64,000 nucleotides of DNA from Octopus vulgaris (taxonomy: Eukaryota). The position numbers and the translations under genes are program-made. Each line of letters begins with the position of its first letter. Position 1 is the first letter of the stretch. This document shows, one piece after another, positions 1 through 12,569 of the stretch. The notes beneath the pieces are model-generated. The model had not been told where the DNA came from. It saw only the letters and a program-made list of their open reading frames with translations, and ran no database searches. The DNA lies in assembly GCA_951406725.2 (NCBI GenBank), contig OX597828.1, positions 2,108,001 through 2,172,000 of the forward strand, in the 5' to 3' direction.

Positions 1-1149
1 TGTTTTTTACTATTTTCTGCATTTACTTGGAAGTTATGTGTTATGTTCCTGGAAACTGGAGATAGCACTTTCTTGAGTCAATTTACATTTCTGCTATTGG
101 GAGATGTACGAAGTTCACAGGATCGTATTTCATATAGTCTAATATAAAGTATTTGTATTTCATTAAAAGATACAAATATTGATTTCTGATCCAGGCCAAA
201 GGTGCTGGGTGTGGAAATGAAATGGTGTGATATTCAAGGCTTATACAAGGACAATAACGAAATTTATTGTGGATTCCTAGTTAGAAAATTGGCGAATTGT
301 ATATGATTTTCACAAATGATAACAAAAACTCATATTTATCTCTCATAAGCAAGACGACATTAATTGCCTAGGTATTCATTTTTGGGGTTTCTGTCTATAG
401 GGGATTAAACTGTATTAAATTCAAGAAAGGAGTATATTGGAATATTGACACTTACATCTACCTAAGAGCATTATCAACATAAGTGAAATGAAATTGTTAA
501 AGCTTGAAATGTTCAAGGAATAACCAGCAACGCTTACTGATGCTTTTTGATACTTACATTTTGACTGATACTCTTTCCAAACAATAAAATCAGCAAAAAG
601 CATATTTATCGAAATCACTACAATGGAAGCTACCTGAAAAATTGATAAACTCGAAGTTTATCCATGATCAAGATTTCTTTCGGGGTATAAAAATAATTGA
701 ATTTTTCCGTCTATATAATTAAAAATAATTTGATATTTAATTAAATAAATTTAATAACTGAATAATTATTGTACATATTTCAGTTAGAGACCAACTGTTC
801 ATTAATACTAATAAATCCACATTTATGAGAACGAATACAAGATTATAAAAAATACACAAATTTTAAAGAATATTTAGTGTCTTTTTATTTATAGTTTAAT
901 TTCTGCCAGAACACGCAATCTCTTTGCCTTCGAACCATTCTCTCCGTTTCGAAAGCCATTCCAACCACCCCACATCCCTACTCCTCTTATTTCCTCTCCT
1001 TTTCATTACATCTACTTCCTCTCTTCTTTTCTTTCTTTCTCCCTAACTCTGCCTCAACTTTTCCCAGCTATAAGTAATCAATGTGTAATATTGTGAATTT
1101 AGTACAATTTTTTTTATCAATAATTCGGAATAAATGGTGAAGGCTATTC

Positions 1150-1188
1150 TTTTTTTAATGAGATTATAAAATCGAAACATGTCAGGAA
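1150..1188 (+). ncRNA. degenerate minimal hammerhead ribozyme remnant (PLE pLTR-type)
   Basis: ttTAATGA-gatt-ataa-aatc-GAAAC-AT-GTC-aggaa. The 3' half is perfect; the CTGATGA core has decayed to TTAATGA. Confidence 0.35.
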
Positions 1189-1496
1189 TTATACCCTCTA
1201 CTTACCGAACAAATGATATTAGTCGCTGATTGTTGTTATGTGTTCTTCACCGCATAATTGTTTGTAGTTAGATTTTTAATATCCCTTGTATAGAATGCTG
1301 ACACTAACAGATTGTAGCATGCTATATTTTATTACGCTAACCGTCAAAGTTACTTCACTGTTATTTCGGTTGTTTTGTCTTTTTTCTCTCTATTTGACGT
1401 CGAGATATAACGATCGATAGCACATTCTCAATCAACATGTGAAATAATTTTATAAATTGTCATGTAGTCGTACATGAAATTTCTCATTCCCTCAGG

Positions 1497-1975
1497 CACT
1501 TGACAACTCATGAAACACAGGCTATCGACGATATCATTCCAGCCAACCCTGTCCTGGGCCTTGCACTCCAATTGTCCTCTGCTCCATTCAGATCTTCTTA
1601 CTTCATTTTCCACATGTTGCCAGATGTTCTTTGACCTACTTGTCTCCCTTCTATTTCAAAGGGGCTGCCTGGCAACGTTGTGCTAGGGCCTCCTGAGAGC
1701 ATATTTAATCTAGCTTTACTTTTTTCTTTTGAACTTCATTTCACTTTTTGTGATGTGGAGTATTTTTATATTCGTGTACGCTGATGAGTGCTAGTTTCCG
1801 TCACGAAAGCCTCTGTTATTCTGTCTGAGGCCATCTTCTTTCACTGAAACTCAAGATAGAAAGTTTTAATTTCACTCGACATGACTTATGCAGTGTTCTG
1901 ACGCCCATAGAACCAAAACTGGTTTTGCTCCTAGACGTCAAAAATGTTATTGGTTAAGTATTGAACTTTCTGCTT
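1497..1975 (-). mobile_element. RTE-clade LINE 3' remnant (decayed)
   Basis: Minus-strand translation ...W.HVENEVRRSEWSRGQLECKAQDRVGWNDIVDSLC matches the typical RTE C-terminus (W..L...AQDR..W...V..LC). A VL.YG.E-like motif lies near 1900-1925. Confidence 0.65.
1778..1816 (+). ncRNA. hammerhead-like motif inside the RTE remnant
   Basis: acg-CTGATGA-gtg-(11 nt loop)-cac-GAAA-gcc-TC-tgt. Core and stem II are intact; the stem III palindrome is imperfect. Confidence 0.45.
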
Positions 1976-2084
1976 GAATTGTCATCTTTCATTCTCCATT
2001 TGCAAGGTCCTTCTCATTCCTGGAACTGTGATTTTTACTTTGGTTTCGTCTTGTAAGTTTCTAATGGGTGTTTAGGTTTTACTG

Positions 2085-2442
2085 TTTGGGGTTAACAATC
2101 ACACAGCAAATATCTCCAGTTTGAAGAAGCTCTCCAAACAGCCTGATGTTGGTTGGATGTTTGGTTTTTATCACTCTCAGTACATGTCTTCAGATTGCAC
2201 TGTCCTCAGACTGACACCCAAACACTTAGAAATGTTCATATTGGAGCTCCCGGCGTCAATCAGTACAGCATGTCGTTTCCAAATTTCTGGCAGAGTCAAT
2301 TGGGTCATGGTGCTGTTTTTCTCACAGTCGATGCCCAACTGACCCTACTATATTGTGTAGTTGACAAAATCAAAAACAAACAATGCACATGCACAAAATA
2401 AAAAATGTAAAATGGCGACAATTTACCCATCGCACTCTGTAT
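2085..2442 (-). mobile_element. Tc1/mariner-superfamily 5' fragment
   Basis: TIR-like end tacagagtgcgatgggtaaattgtcgcc at a TA site, then a frameshifted HTH-like start MTQLTLPEIWKRHAVL..AGSSNMNISKCLGVSLRTVQ. Confidence 0.55.
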
Positions 2443-2686
2443 ATCCTTAAAAGTGTTATCACTAACATGACAACACTTTTATCATTTTCAGCTTACGGCC
2501 ATAGGACAAAGCAAATGCAGTATAGCAACGCACAGAACTTGATTTTGTTTTGTTGATCATGTTATTTTTTTTTCTCGTCGGTACATGTATCAGTTGTATT
2601 ACTATTGACACTTTCCCGAGGTGTAATATATTTTTATCAAAAATATTGAGTTTTATCAACAAAGTTTTTTTAAAGAAAATGCTCTA

Positions 2687-3066
2687 GGCGCATGCGTGCT
2701 TGTCTGGTTCCGGGTTCAGTCCCACTGCGTAGCACCTTGGGAAAGTGCCTTCTATCATAGCCTCGGTTAGACTAAAGCCTTGTTAGTGGATTTGGTAGAC
2801 GGAAACTAAAAGAAGCACGTCGTGTGTATATATGTATATATATTTATATGTATCTTTATGTCTGTGTTTTTCCCACCACCATTGCTTGACAACCGATGTT
2901 GGTGTATTTACGTCCCCGTAGCCTAGTGGTTTGGCAAAATAGACCGAGAGAATAAGTACCAAGCTTACAAAGAATAAGTCATGAGGTCGATTTCTTTGAC
3001 TAAAAAAGGCGATGCTCCAGCATGGTCGCAGTCAAATGACTGAAACAAGTAAAAGCATAAAAGAGT
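2687..3066 (+). mobile_element. tRNA-derived SINE family A, diverged copy
   Basis: ggcgca...ggttccgggttcagtcccactgcg head, internal (TA)/(TG) tract and ...gcagtcaaatgactgaaacaagtaaaag tail. Aligns to copies at 49111 and 58060. Confidence 0.85.
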
Positions 3067-4033
3067 AGGAAATGCAATAATCTTCAAAGAAGAAAGCATC
3101 ATAATACTTACTTGGTTGAGGTCAACTGTAACACTCGATCCCTACAATCACCTCTTTTCGATCGAATTAATGTGGTTCCTTTTCTTCGTTGGTACATCTA
3201 GTAATTTTATGAGTATTCATACTATTTTGGTCTACGGAATTGAAGAAAAAGGAATTAGATCAACAAACCCAAAGTTTTACGGTTTATGTGCAATGCAGGA
3301 AATAATATTTATGAATACTCTTTGTGCATTGGTTAGATTATTTAATTACTCCACGGAAGAGTATCAATATACATAAAATTGATACTTGTGCGAACAAAAA
3401 AATTATAATTTAATTTGTTTACCAAAATTTAAGTATTTCGCTTTCCATACTTCGCTGTGCATTGCGTGAAAATCAGTCAATAATCTTCGAAATCAGGATG
3501 ACAAAATTGTTGTCACGTCTTGAATGAACAATCCTGAATGAACAGAGCTATGATCAAAGACATACTAGCTTTGACTATCCGACCTTTTTATTGGTATCCA
3601 AGGCTAGATTATCTAATATGTCCTTTTTTTAATGGTTGATGGGCCCTTGAGAAGAAAACTTGGCTGCTATTTCTCGCAAATCGAGCACGTACTTGCAACT
3701 ACTCTATGTCTATTAATCGATGTTTTATAGGGAAAATAATTGTATCTGAAACCTGTTTTCTTAATATTTATTTCTCTGTATGAGATACTCTGTTGAGATA
3801 ATATGAGACTTTAATGTGTGATCTTAGGGATAAAAGTCTGACATAAATGCTACTCCTAATTTTTCAAAGATATTAAGCTATCATAGGATAATAACTAATG
3901 CACGTTTAAATATAACACATAATTGCTGCTTAAACTAACGTATAATCACGTATTTAGGCAAACTTTATGAAAATATAAATATAAAACATGTAAAATTGAT
4001 ATTTTAAATATATAATATAGTACCATTCAAGCA

Positions 4034-4035
<2 letters not shown>

Positions 4036-4116
<81 letters not shown>
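4036..4116. repeat. (CT)n microsatellite
   Basis: Pure CT run with one interruption. Confidence 0.95.
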
Positions 4117-4119
<3 letters not shown>

Positions 4120-4349
4120 CATTTCTCTAAAAAAAATGTGGATCTTTCCTGTTGATGTCACAGTTTTTGAAATTATAAAATTAAGTGAAAATTTTCAAAC
4201 TTGGTTTATTGATGTAATTTTTCACACTTAATCTGATTTTGTTATTCACTTGTTCCAGAAAAATTTTAGAAAAAAAACTTACAGGGGGTTAAATTATTGC
4301 GTTTTTCGTCTGGCTTTGACAACTGGCCTGGATTTTTTTACGTCTCCTA

Positions 4350-4480
4350 ACTTCGGCTAAAAGAGATCGATAAAATGAGCACTTGGCTTAAAAAAAAACG
4401 TGCTGGAGTCGATTTGTCCGACTATATTCTTCAAGGCAGTTCCACACTATGGCTGCTGTCAAATGGCTGAAAAAGTAAGA
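4350..4480 (+). mobile_element. SINE family A 3' fragment
   Basis: ggagtcgatttgtccgacta...gctgtcaaatggctgaaaaagtaaga resembles the family A tail. Confidence 0.55.
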
Positions 4481-4483
4481 CTA

Positions 4484-4738
4484 AAGATAGTGCCAATTAT
4501 TGTTGGGGCCTTGGAAGCAGTATCAAAAGGTATGGAGAAGAATATAAAGCAAATAAGAATAGAGTGTCCAGTATAGCCGTTGTAAAACGTTTGCCTCATT
4601 GGCACGGCCAGAAGCACCAGGAAAATATTAGAAAGTTGAGGAGAACAAACAGCATAGTACCCGTAGGGTGCAGGTAACAAGCTCACTATTCATTCAAGGT
4701 TCTAGAAGTTCCAACAACACCCGCGTTAAAAAATGATA
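4484..4738 (+). mobile_element. R4/Dong-clade LINE extreme 3' fragment
   Basis: VPIIVGALEAVSKGMEKNIKQI...CLIGTARSTRKILE, homologous to the C-terminus of the copy at 14870-15005. Confidence 0.7.
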
Positions 4739-4739
4739 A

Positions 4740-4945
4740 AGGTTTAAAATTTTGGCACAAGCTCATCGATTTGAAGTAATTCGATTACATTCCCCCTAGT
4801 ACTCAAGTGGTACTTATTTACTCGACCCCGCAAAGATGACTTACGAGGCTGACCTCGGTTGAATTTACACTCAAAACGTAAAGGCGGATGAAATGCTGCA
4901 AAGCATTTTCTCCGGCGTGGAAACGATTCTGCCAGCTCGCAGCCT
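4740..4945 (-). mobile_element. tRNA-derived SINE family B
   Basis: Minus strand ggctgcgagctggcagaatcg...tgagtgtaaattc..cgaggtcagcc...cggggtcgagtaaataagtacca. The central part resembles the Meta/Sauria-SINE-type domain; it recurs at 25300, 30068 and 48395. Confidence 0.7.
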
Positions 4946-5099
4946 TAATAACTGATAGATATGAAGAAAACAAAGTAACAACAGAATCTGTACAGCAGCG
5001 AAAAGTTAGGGTAAAACTGAAATTAGAGAATGTCATGACAAAACAGGAGTAAGAAAATGATGATGGGGATGAGGAGGAAAAGAAGGAAGACGATTATAT

Positions 5100-5121
5100 T
5101 GAGGATGATGATGATGATGAC

Positions 5122-5180
<59 letters not shown>

Positions 5181-5282
5181 CGACGATACTGCTGCTGATA
5201 ATTATGATACAACTTTATTAGTATCACTACTACTACTAATAATAATTAACGACGACGACGACAACAACAACAACAATAATCA
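5100..5282. repeat. compound (GAT)n/(ACT)n/(ACA)n microsatellite
   Basis: Direct reading; it explains the poly-His ORF at 5033-5227. Confidence 0.95.
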
Positions 5283-6067
5283 ATATAGAGCGAAACATGA
5301 AAGTTCCAAGAAGAAACTCAATGAAACATATTTGTGTGAAGCATTACAAGAAACTGGCCATGTTTTATTTGTCGGTTTGCTTGCAGCAATGCAAATGTTA
5401 ATATACCATCGCTGTCTGTCAATAAATGAAGAGATATTTTTGTTCTCGCCATAAGCTTAACTTCGTCTGCTAATATATGCGTTGTTGTAACAGAAGCAGA
5501 GAACACATTTCAGAAAATTACAGATGTTTGACGTGGAAAATACATTTTCTTTTCTGTATTAGCATCAAAAAGTTTGATGTGCTTGAATTTCAATAAAATT
5601 TCCTTTTGCCTAATAAATTATGAAAGCAGCACTTTCCACAGTTTCCAAAACTGTATTAGGGATAGAAATAAAAAAAAAATTAAATAATCTATTTTACAAA
5701 TTGAAAAGATCAACAATGTCTTCCTTGATAATATATGTAACATAACATAGGGAAGATCGGCACGAATGGTAATAAATTAAACTAGTTGAGAATATACATA
5801 AATATAAAATTCCTTCAGGAAAATACTTGCACATTCCAAAAGATTCTTTTGCTGTCATTTTGTATAAATGGCTTTGTATATGTGTTTCAGGCTTCTAAAG
5901 CTATCAAAATATGATTGCTATATACTTGCCGCGTGCAGACCTGCGGAAATATTCTTATCATCATCAGAGTGACTACTGCCGACGTTTCTCCGTGATTTCG
6001 ATGACAACCACCAATTGGTTCAAATATTGTTTGACAGAAATCTCGTGCCACCTGTTTTAATGTACAT

Positions 6068-6590
6068 AGAGCAGTGCATGCCATCAAAGTGACGCTGGGA
6101 AACAAATATACGAAGCCCTGTATACACATCATGACTACTCGTCTGATAACCATATGTGCGCGACATGGTGATCTCATATCAAGATAAACATCACATGACA
6201 TTGCAGGTGGTTCCCGGTTAGAATTTTTTTTCTGGTCGAGTAACCTATCCCGCTTAAAAGGTCCCTGAATAAGGGTTGTTTAAGGATGTTGAGCGAAACA
6301 GCCGTGTTTCCAGAGATGAATTATTCAAACCTTAAAGAATCCCTTTCAACACATGGCTATGATGCTCCCCCTCAACTTCTGCTCGTGATCAGAGATGCAC
6401 ATATCGTCAGCCATCAAGGGACATGCTCAATTGGTTAAGGTCAAACAACTGACAAGCATATATGTGGTACTGAGCAGAATATTTGCTGTAGGCCATCTTT
6501 TATACCAAGACAAAACAATGTACATCATAACACTTCCAATCAGTTAAGATCAGAAGCCACGAGAGCCACTGCCTGGTACTGTATCAGGGC

Positions 6591-6592
<2 letters not shown>
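6068..6592 (-). mobile_element. non-coding (TAA)n-associated interspersed element, copy 1 (5'-complete)
   Basis: The reverse complement aligns along its length with 16851-17454 and 18872-19266. It abuts the (TTA)n tract at 6593. Confidence 0.85.
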
Positions 6593-6651
<59 letters not shown>

Positions 6652-6721
6652 GTTGTTGTTGTTGTTGTTGTTGTTTTTGTTGTTGTTGGCATTATTATTA
6701 TTGTTGTTGTTGTTGTTGTTG

Positions 6722-6774
<53 letters not shown>
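6593..6774. repeat. (TTA)n/(TTG)n microsatellite, 3' tail/target of the adjacent LINE
   Basis: Direct reading. Confidence 0.95.
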
Positions 6775-6777
<3 letters not shown>

Positions 6778-9095
6778 TAGTCTTATTTTTATCACGTGCT
6801 TTCACTTCACTATTGAGCGCAGTTTTGTGTTCCTTGGACATGTGTTGTGGTTTGGACATGTGTTGTGGTGCTCTTATTTTCACTTTATTGAAAGTGTTTT
6901 ACGTAGGATATATGTGGTTCCTAGTAGTGCTAACTTTTATGTTATATATACTTGTAAGCCTTGATGTTTTTGTTATGTATTTGTCTGAATACTTTTTTTT
7001 TATCATACCTAATGTGCCTATTATGACAGGAATTGTTTCTGCTTTTAGGCTCCACATTCAAGTTATATCTATTTTCAAATCTTTGTAGCTTGAAAGTTTC
7101 TCCGTTTCTTTTAGAAAAAAAACATTGTCCCCTGTTGGTATTGGCCTGTTGACCTTAATTTATCTATCTGGGTGTATTGGTATATCCCAGAGTATAGTTG
7201 CTTTTTCATTTTCTTTAACTTTTTCTGGTGGGTGCCTATAACATCTTTTTTTTCTGTTGTTATTCCATAGTGTTGGCATAGCTTCCAGTGTATATAGGTC
7301 CCAACTCTTTTGTGCCTGTGAATATATTCCTTCTTAGCCAGGAGTGGGCAGCCAGAGACAATATGATTTATTGTTTCTTCTACATCTCCACATATTTTTC
7401 AGTTACTTGTATTTATTTTCATTACATGTTTTTGGTGATTTTTGGTGGAATGGCTTTGATCTTGTGCTACAAATTAAACATCCTTCAGTCAGTATCTGCT
7501 TTGAATCCTGAACTTCTCAGCCATTGTTGGGATTTTGCTATGTCTACCTCTGTTCTGTTTAGTTTAACCCAATTTTGCCATGAAGGGGCTTTTCTTGCCA
7601 TCGTTTTATCATGATCTGTCGCTAGTCCAGTTTTAGTTTGGATTTCAGTTGTTTTGCAGCTTTTGTTGTTTCTTCTTCTTCTTCATAGTTATTAGGTACT
7701 GTGATTTCTTTTTGTACTTTTCAGCCTCCTTAAAGACTGAAAATAGTTTTTTGTTTTCTTCGTGTTTTGCCGCTATTTGTATTAGTTTTCCTTGCTTCTG
7801 AAGTAGGTATTTCTGTAGTCCAATAGTGGTTAATTTGTAATAGTTTTCTAGCTGTATAAGGCTTCTACCACCTTCGGTACGTTGTATATATATATAGCCT
7901 TTCTATGTCATTCTAAATCCTGTAATTATTTTTCTTGTTTTCCTGTCTATTTTGATTAGTTCATTTAGAGTCCAGTTAAGAATATTGTAGCTGTAATGTA
8001 TAACTGGGACGGCTTGAGTGTTGATACCTATTATCTTGTTTTTCGCATTGAGCTCTGTTTTTAGTATTAATCTAACTCGTCTATAGTATTACTTTTTTTA
8101 TCTTCTCTTTCATTTGTTTATCTAGAGTGTCTTTCATTTGTGTATCATTTGTATATCATATCGAGCTCATTGATTCCTAACTATATGTACATCTGGCTTT
8201 CGCCTAATTCTCTTATTTCATTTGCTTAATCTAGTGCGATGTTGGTACTCTTAACTAGTTTTCTTCTTTTAAGAGTTACTTTGGCACATTTTTCTGAGCC
8301 AAATTTGACGTTTATTTCTTTGGTAAATCCATGCACTGTCTGTAGTAACGTTTCTAGCTGTTTATCACTTGTAGCGTACAGCTTTAGATCATCCATATAT
8401 AAGAGATATATCGCTGATTGTTTTGTCGTAACAGTTGAAACCACATCCAGTTCTGTTTAGCATGTCAGATAAAGGTGTCAGTGCCAAGCAGAAAAGTAGT
8501 GAAGAGAGCGTGTCTTCCTGGAATATTACTCTTCTAATGGAGATGGCTTTGGTGTTTATGAGTTCCTCTTTTGTCGGGAGCTGTAGCACTGCCTGCCATT
8601 TATTCATGGGATGTTTTATATATATTTTGTGATTATTGGTACTGCCTTGTTCATGACTAGTGTTTCCAGGATCAATGTGTGGGGAAACTATCAAAAGCCT
8701 TTCGGTAATCGATCCTGGCCATACTTAGATCCTACTTCTTCCTGCGGCTGTCTTCAGTTATGGCTTTATTGATCGATAGCTGATCTTTACAGCCGTACGA
8801 GCCCTTGCTGCATCCCTTTTGCTCTTCTGGAAACAGGTTGTTTTCTTCTAGATGTTTGCCCATTCTCTACGATATTATTGCAGTAAAGGCTTTGTAAATT
8901 ATAGAGAGACAAGTTATCGGTCTGTAATTTTGGGAGTTTGCCATTCATGCATTGTCTCTGGCTCTGTTTGTATTTCATTAAATTTCTCAGCCAGCTTTTT
9001 ATGTGTTCCTGTTAGGTATTTTAAGCCTGCGAAGAATTCTTGTAGTTCGAAGTAATGCTGATTTTTGTAGGTGATCTACCTACACACTTGCACCG
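6775..9095 (-). mobile_element. R4/Dong-clade non-LTR retrotransposon (RT + RLE), decayed and 5'-truncated
   Basis: RT motifs [33 protein letters not shown] and LLYMDDLKLYA...KFGSEKC. RLE-proximal LWDIPIHPDR.IKVNRP near 7140-7195. The 3' end runs into (TAA)n. Confidence 0.9.
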
Positions 9096-9099
9096 ATCT

Positions 9100-9217
9100 T
9101 TTCTTCTTCTTCTTCTTCTTCTTCTTCTTCTTCTTCTTCTTCTTCTTCCTCCCCTCCTCCTCCTCCTCCTCCTCCTCCTCCTCCTTCTTCTTCTTCCTCT
9201 TATCATCATCATCATCA
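9100..9217. repeat. compound (CTT)n(CCT)n(CAT)n microsatellite
   Basis: Direct reading. Confidence 0.95.
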
Positions 9218-9614
9218 TATTTGCTGCGGAACACATCGGACGTGTTTTCGAACGCTCCAAGTATGTTCAGTTCAAAATATTCATTTACACCAGGATTGGT
9301 GTCTTTGCAATAATTATTTTATTCCAAGTTGTGAATAGAAACACCAGGAACCTGTTACTGGTTTTGTATGGTTGTTTAGACCCCCCCAGAGGGGTGATTT
9401 TCGGCCCACCGAATAATTTCGGTGGGCATTAATTTAATTGAATCAAATACAACTCAACAAGATGGCGGAGCGTATCTTGAAAGAGTTGAGAAAAAACAAA
9501 ATAACCCTTATGATATGATAATGGCTGAATATTTCCCTCCCCTTCCCTCCGTTACTGTTAACAATACCGGGGAAGTGGGGAGGAGAAAAACAAGACTGTC
9601 ATGGTACAAAGTCC

Positions 9615-9920
9615 AATTAACAGTAACAACAGTAGTAGCAGAAACACTAACAGCGGTACAAACGATCGCAGCAGCAGCCGCAACAGGTAACAGCAGCCGC
9701 AGCAGTAGTAGTAGTAATAGCAACAGCAACCACGAAAAAGACAGCAACTACAGTAGCAGTAACGATAATAACAAGAACAACAACGAGAGCAAAAGTGACT
9801 ATAGCAACAGCAACAAACCAATACCAACAACATCGATAAGAACAACGACATCAACAGCAACGGTAGCAGCAACACTAACAGCAATAAAAACAACAACGAG
9901 AACAGTACGAATAACAAAAG
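9615..9920. repeat. degenerate (CAA/CAG/TAG)n triplet low-complexity tract
   Basis: Explains the T/S/N-rich ORF 9422-9931. Confidence 0.8.
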
Positions 9921-9924
9921 TACG

Positions 9925-11760
9925 TTCGTAGCAGCAGCGAAGGACAAACAACACATTACAGTAGACCTCACAAATAGGGAGCAGATGCTAGCACAGGCAT
10001 GGAAACTAATAAAACAAGAGAAGAGTTGAGCCAATTTAACTGTTCCATCAGAGGCAACTAAAGCAGTGGAGAAAAGAACCGTGCTTTTTAGATGCATCTC
10101 AGCAGACACGAAAAGAGCCGCTTTAATAGTCCAAGTAGACATTGAAATGACGCTGAGGTGCATCAGAAATGACATCGAATACATAGCGAGGGGAAACAAT
10201 ACGACACGATTTCGGTGCTGTTTAAGTCAGAAGCCCTCGCTATGAAACATTCAATGACCCCTTGCAAAAGCAGCAAAGTGATGTAGCCCTCCCACATGGG
10301 GAAACGTACATCACGTGTCCGCGTTCCTAGGATACCACCTGGACTAGATATGTGGTGGCTTCTAGGATGCGTAATCGTGGACTGGATAGATGCTGTCCCA
10401 ACAGAGGTGACAAGAACTGCCAGTAAAGACTGGTCCGGGGTTGACCTAGAGATACTGCTCCAGATCAGATCCGAAAACATAAAAAAATCCCGGGACAATG
10501 ATACTCATCATAACTGAGGGCAAAACGCTGCATTGTTGTGCGTATGTAGAAACGACTCACGGGTCACTGCCCCTAACTGGTACAAAGTGCAAGGGGTCAA
10601 AGGCCTCCACTGCTGCTTATGCCGGTACGAGGGTCACAAACAAAATCAGCACGGCAAAACCATTTCCTGTGAATATGTTAAATCACCCTCAAAATAAGTT
10701 AGGAAACTTACATACCTACAGCTTTCGAACACACAAATGACCAGTTAAAAAAGAACTCTAATAACTACAACTTCTGTGAATACCTATCCTTTCCTTTCTC
10801 CTCGAGTATTCGAAAATGTAAACATCCCTTTCATTGCATAAACACTACTGTATTCTCAACTGGATAGACAAACCAACATCTCAAGAGAACATAAAAACTT
10901 TAATATGTGGAAAAGTCGGAACACTAAAACATATTCTTTCCAACTGTTCATTAGCATTGAACAGGCACACATGGAGGCACAACCTGGTCCTTAAGGTTAT
11001 CTTCAATGCTATAAAGAACCAAATTCATCTCAACAACACTGAGGAAAAATCGTTAAAAGTACCATCAAGAGAGTTCATTACCTTCGTGCGACCAGGTCAG
11101 CAGATCCGTTTCAAGAAGAAGACAAAGAAACTTCCTGAGAAAAATGAAAAGTGGAACGGCTATTGGGAGGTAACTGCAGATTTACCTGGGTGCCAGGTTT
11201 TCTTTCCCATCCCAGTTTCGAAAAAACCAGATATTTTGATGTGGTGTGAAAGAAAGAAAGTTGTAAATATAGTCGAGCTAACGGTTCCTCACGAAGATAA
11301 TATGGACGCCGCTCGAGCTCGAAAATTAAACCGTTATGAAAACCTCCTCGAGGAATGTGAAGACGCAGGCTGGAAAGCGGAACATTTTCCTATCGAAGTC
11401 GTATGTAGAGGGTTTGTAGGACACAGCGTGAGACGACTGTTGTTATCGTTAGGCCTAACTCATCGTAAAGTCAATACCACCATGACTGATATCCAATCTA
11501 CAGTGGAGAAGGCTAGCCACTGGATTTGGTTAAAAAGAGACGATGAGCGATGGCTAGAAGTATATTGAGTTCTTCATAACCAGCTGATCTAGCAAGCGGG
11601 GCCTCATATCAGTGAGGGGGGCCGGTGCGCATTGATGCCGTCGAGAGGTAGGCCCCGAAACGGCGCGCATTCTCTCCTGATGACCCTATACACTTGCTAG
11701 CTTCCGATATACGGAGCTTTTAACTGGTAGCACTTGCATGTGCAAGTTGTTTGCAAGATA
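9925..11760 (+). mobile_element. HERO/NeSL-like RLE non-LTR retrotransposon, internally deleted (RT absent)
   Basis: GC-richer 5' block with a CKG.KGLH-like zinc-finger remnant near 10580-10612, followed by the RLE C-terminal ORF and a structured 3' UTR. Confidence 0.65.
10834..11568 (+). CDS. CCHC zinc knuckle + restriction-like endonuclease (PD-(D/E)xK) domain of a HERO-like retrotransposon
   Basis: CGKVGTLKHILSNC...WRHNLVL; KPDILMW...VNIVELTVPHED...RKLNRYENL...GWKAEHFPIEVVCRGF...EKASHWIWLKR. Open for 244 codons; the non-ATG start shows it is a fragment. Confidence 0.85.
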   Translation: MHKHYCILNWIDKPTSQENIKTLICGKVGTLKHILSNCSLALNRHTWRHNLVLKVIFNAIKNQIHLNNTEEKSLKVPSREFITFVRPGQQIRFKKKTKKLPEKNEKWNGYWEVTADLPGCQVFFPIPVSKKPDILMWCERKKVVNIVELTVPHEDNMDAARARKLNRYENLLEECEDAGWKAEHFPIEVVCRGFVGHSVRRLLLSLGLTHRKVNTTMTDIQSTVEKASHWIWLKRDDERWLEVY

Positions 11761-12569
11761 TCTATATAATTTTGAGTGAAACTTATGTCTGACTACCAAA
11801 ATATGTAAACAAATTTTATTGCAGCAACGCAGTTGAATTCAGAAACTTTAAAAAAAAGTGAATTCAACGACGTGAATATCAGTATATATATTGTTTTCTC
11901 TACAAGTAATTACAAATAGAACAGGTTGAATTGCTTCTTCTCAAGTGCAAGGTCAGCACTCTTAGTGGTCGCTGGTAGTAGTAAACGCATTTGACCTCTG
12001 CTGACCCAAAGTTGCTAAGATTCTTTTGTTTTTATGGCTGACCTTCCCAGCAAATGCCGAATCTATTTATAGACCTGTAGAATTCGAACTATTCACGAAG
12101 CTGCTACTTTACCCCTCCCGCAACAATTTCTTCCAACAACCACATATTTATGATTCTCTCAAGTACAAGACAAAAGTTGAAAATAAAGAACATCTAACAA
12201 AATATTTTAATAATAAATAAAAATAGTAATAATGATAATAACAGTGGTAGTGATGGTGATAATGATAAAAATAATAAAAATAATGATAATATGCTGCAGC
12301 TGCTAATGCTACAAATACTACTACAGCTAATACTATACTGATAGTACAGGAATCTGAGTCCCAAACAATTATACCAGTGATATCAGTGATGATAATAATA
12401 ATAGTAATGAAAGGAGCGGATGGACTCTCTCCGAGTGTTCCCATGTCCTGATTAATGATACATCTAATGTTGGTGTCACAATAAAAAACACTGGTAATTG
12501 CGCAACCTGATAATCGCTACCTCATATGAGTGACATTGAATAAATAAAATATTGTGAATAACGGTGGTA

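Noticed and set aside
3545-3700. Old dispersed repeat with ttggctgctatttct motif (also near 24800, 26340, 33100, 36290, 47380)
   Set aside because: Recurrent but too decayed to delimit or classify by eye.
5033-5227. Poly-His ORF, and the similar poly-N/L/I/Y/M, YI- and HT-repeat ORFs throughout the window
   Set aside because: They are translations of microsatellites with no coding evidence.
5955-6000. GAAACGTC...CTGATGA on the minus strand
   Set aside because: Stem I does not pair, and CTGATGA is part of a (TGA)n tail.
9422-9931. 169-aa ORF and nearby CAAGATGGCGG YY1-like motif
   Set aside because: The ORF is mostly degenerate triplet repeat, and a single motif is insufficient for a promoter call.
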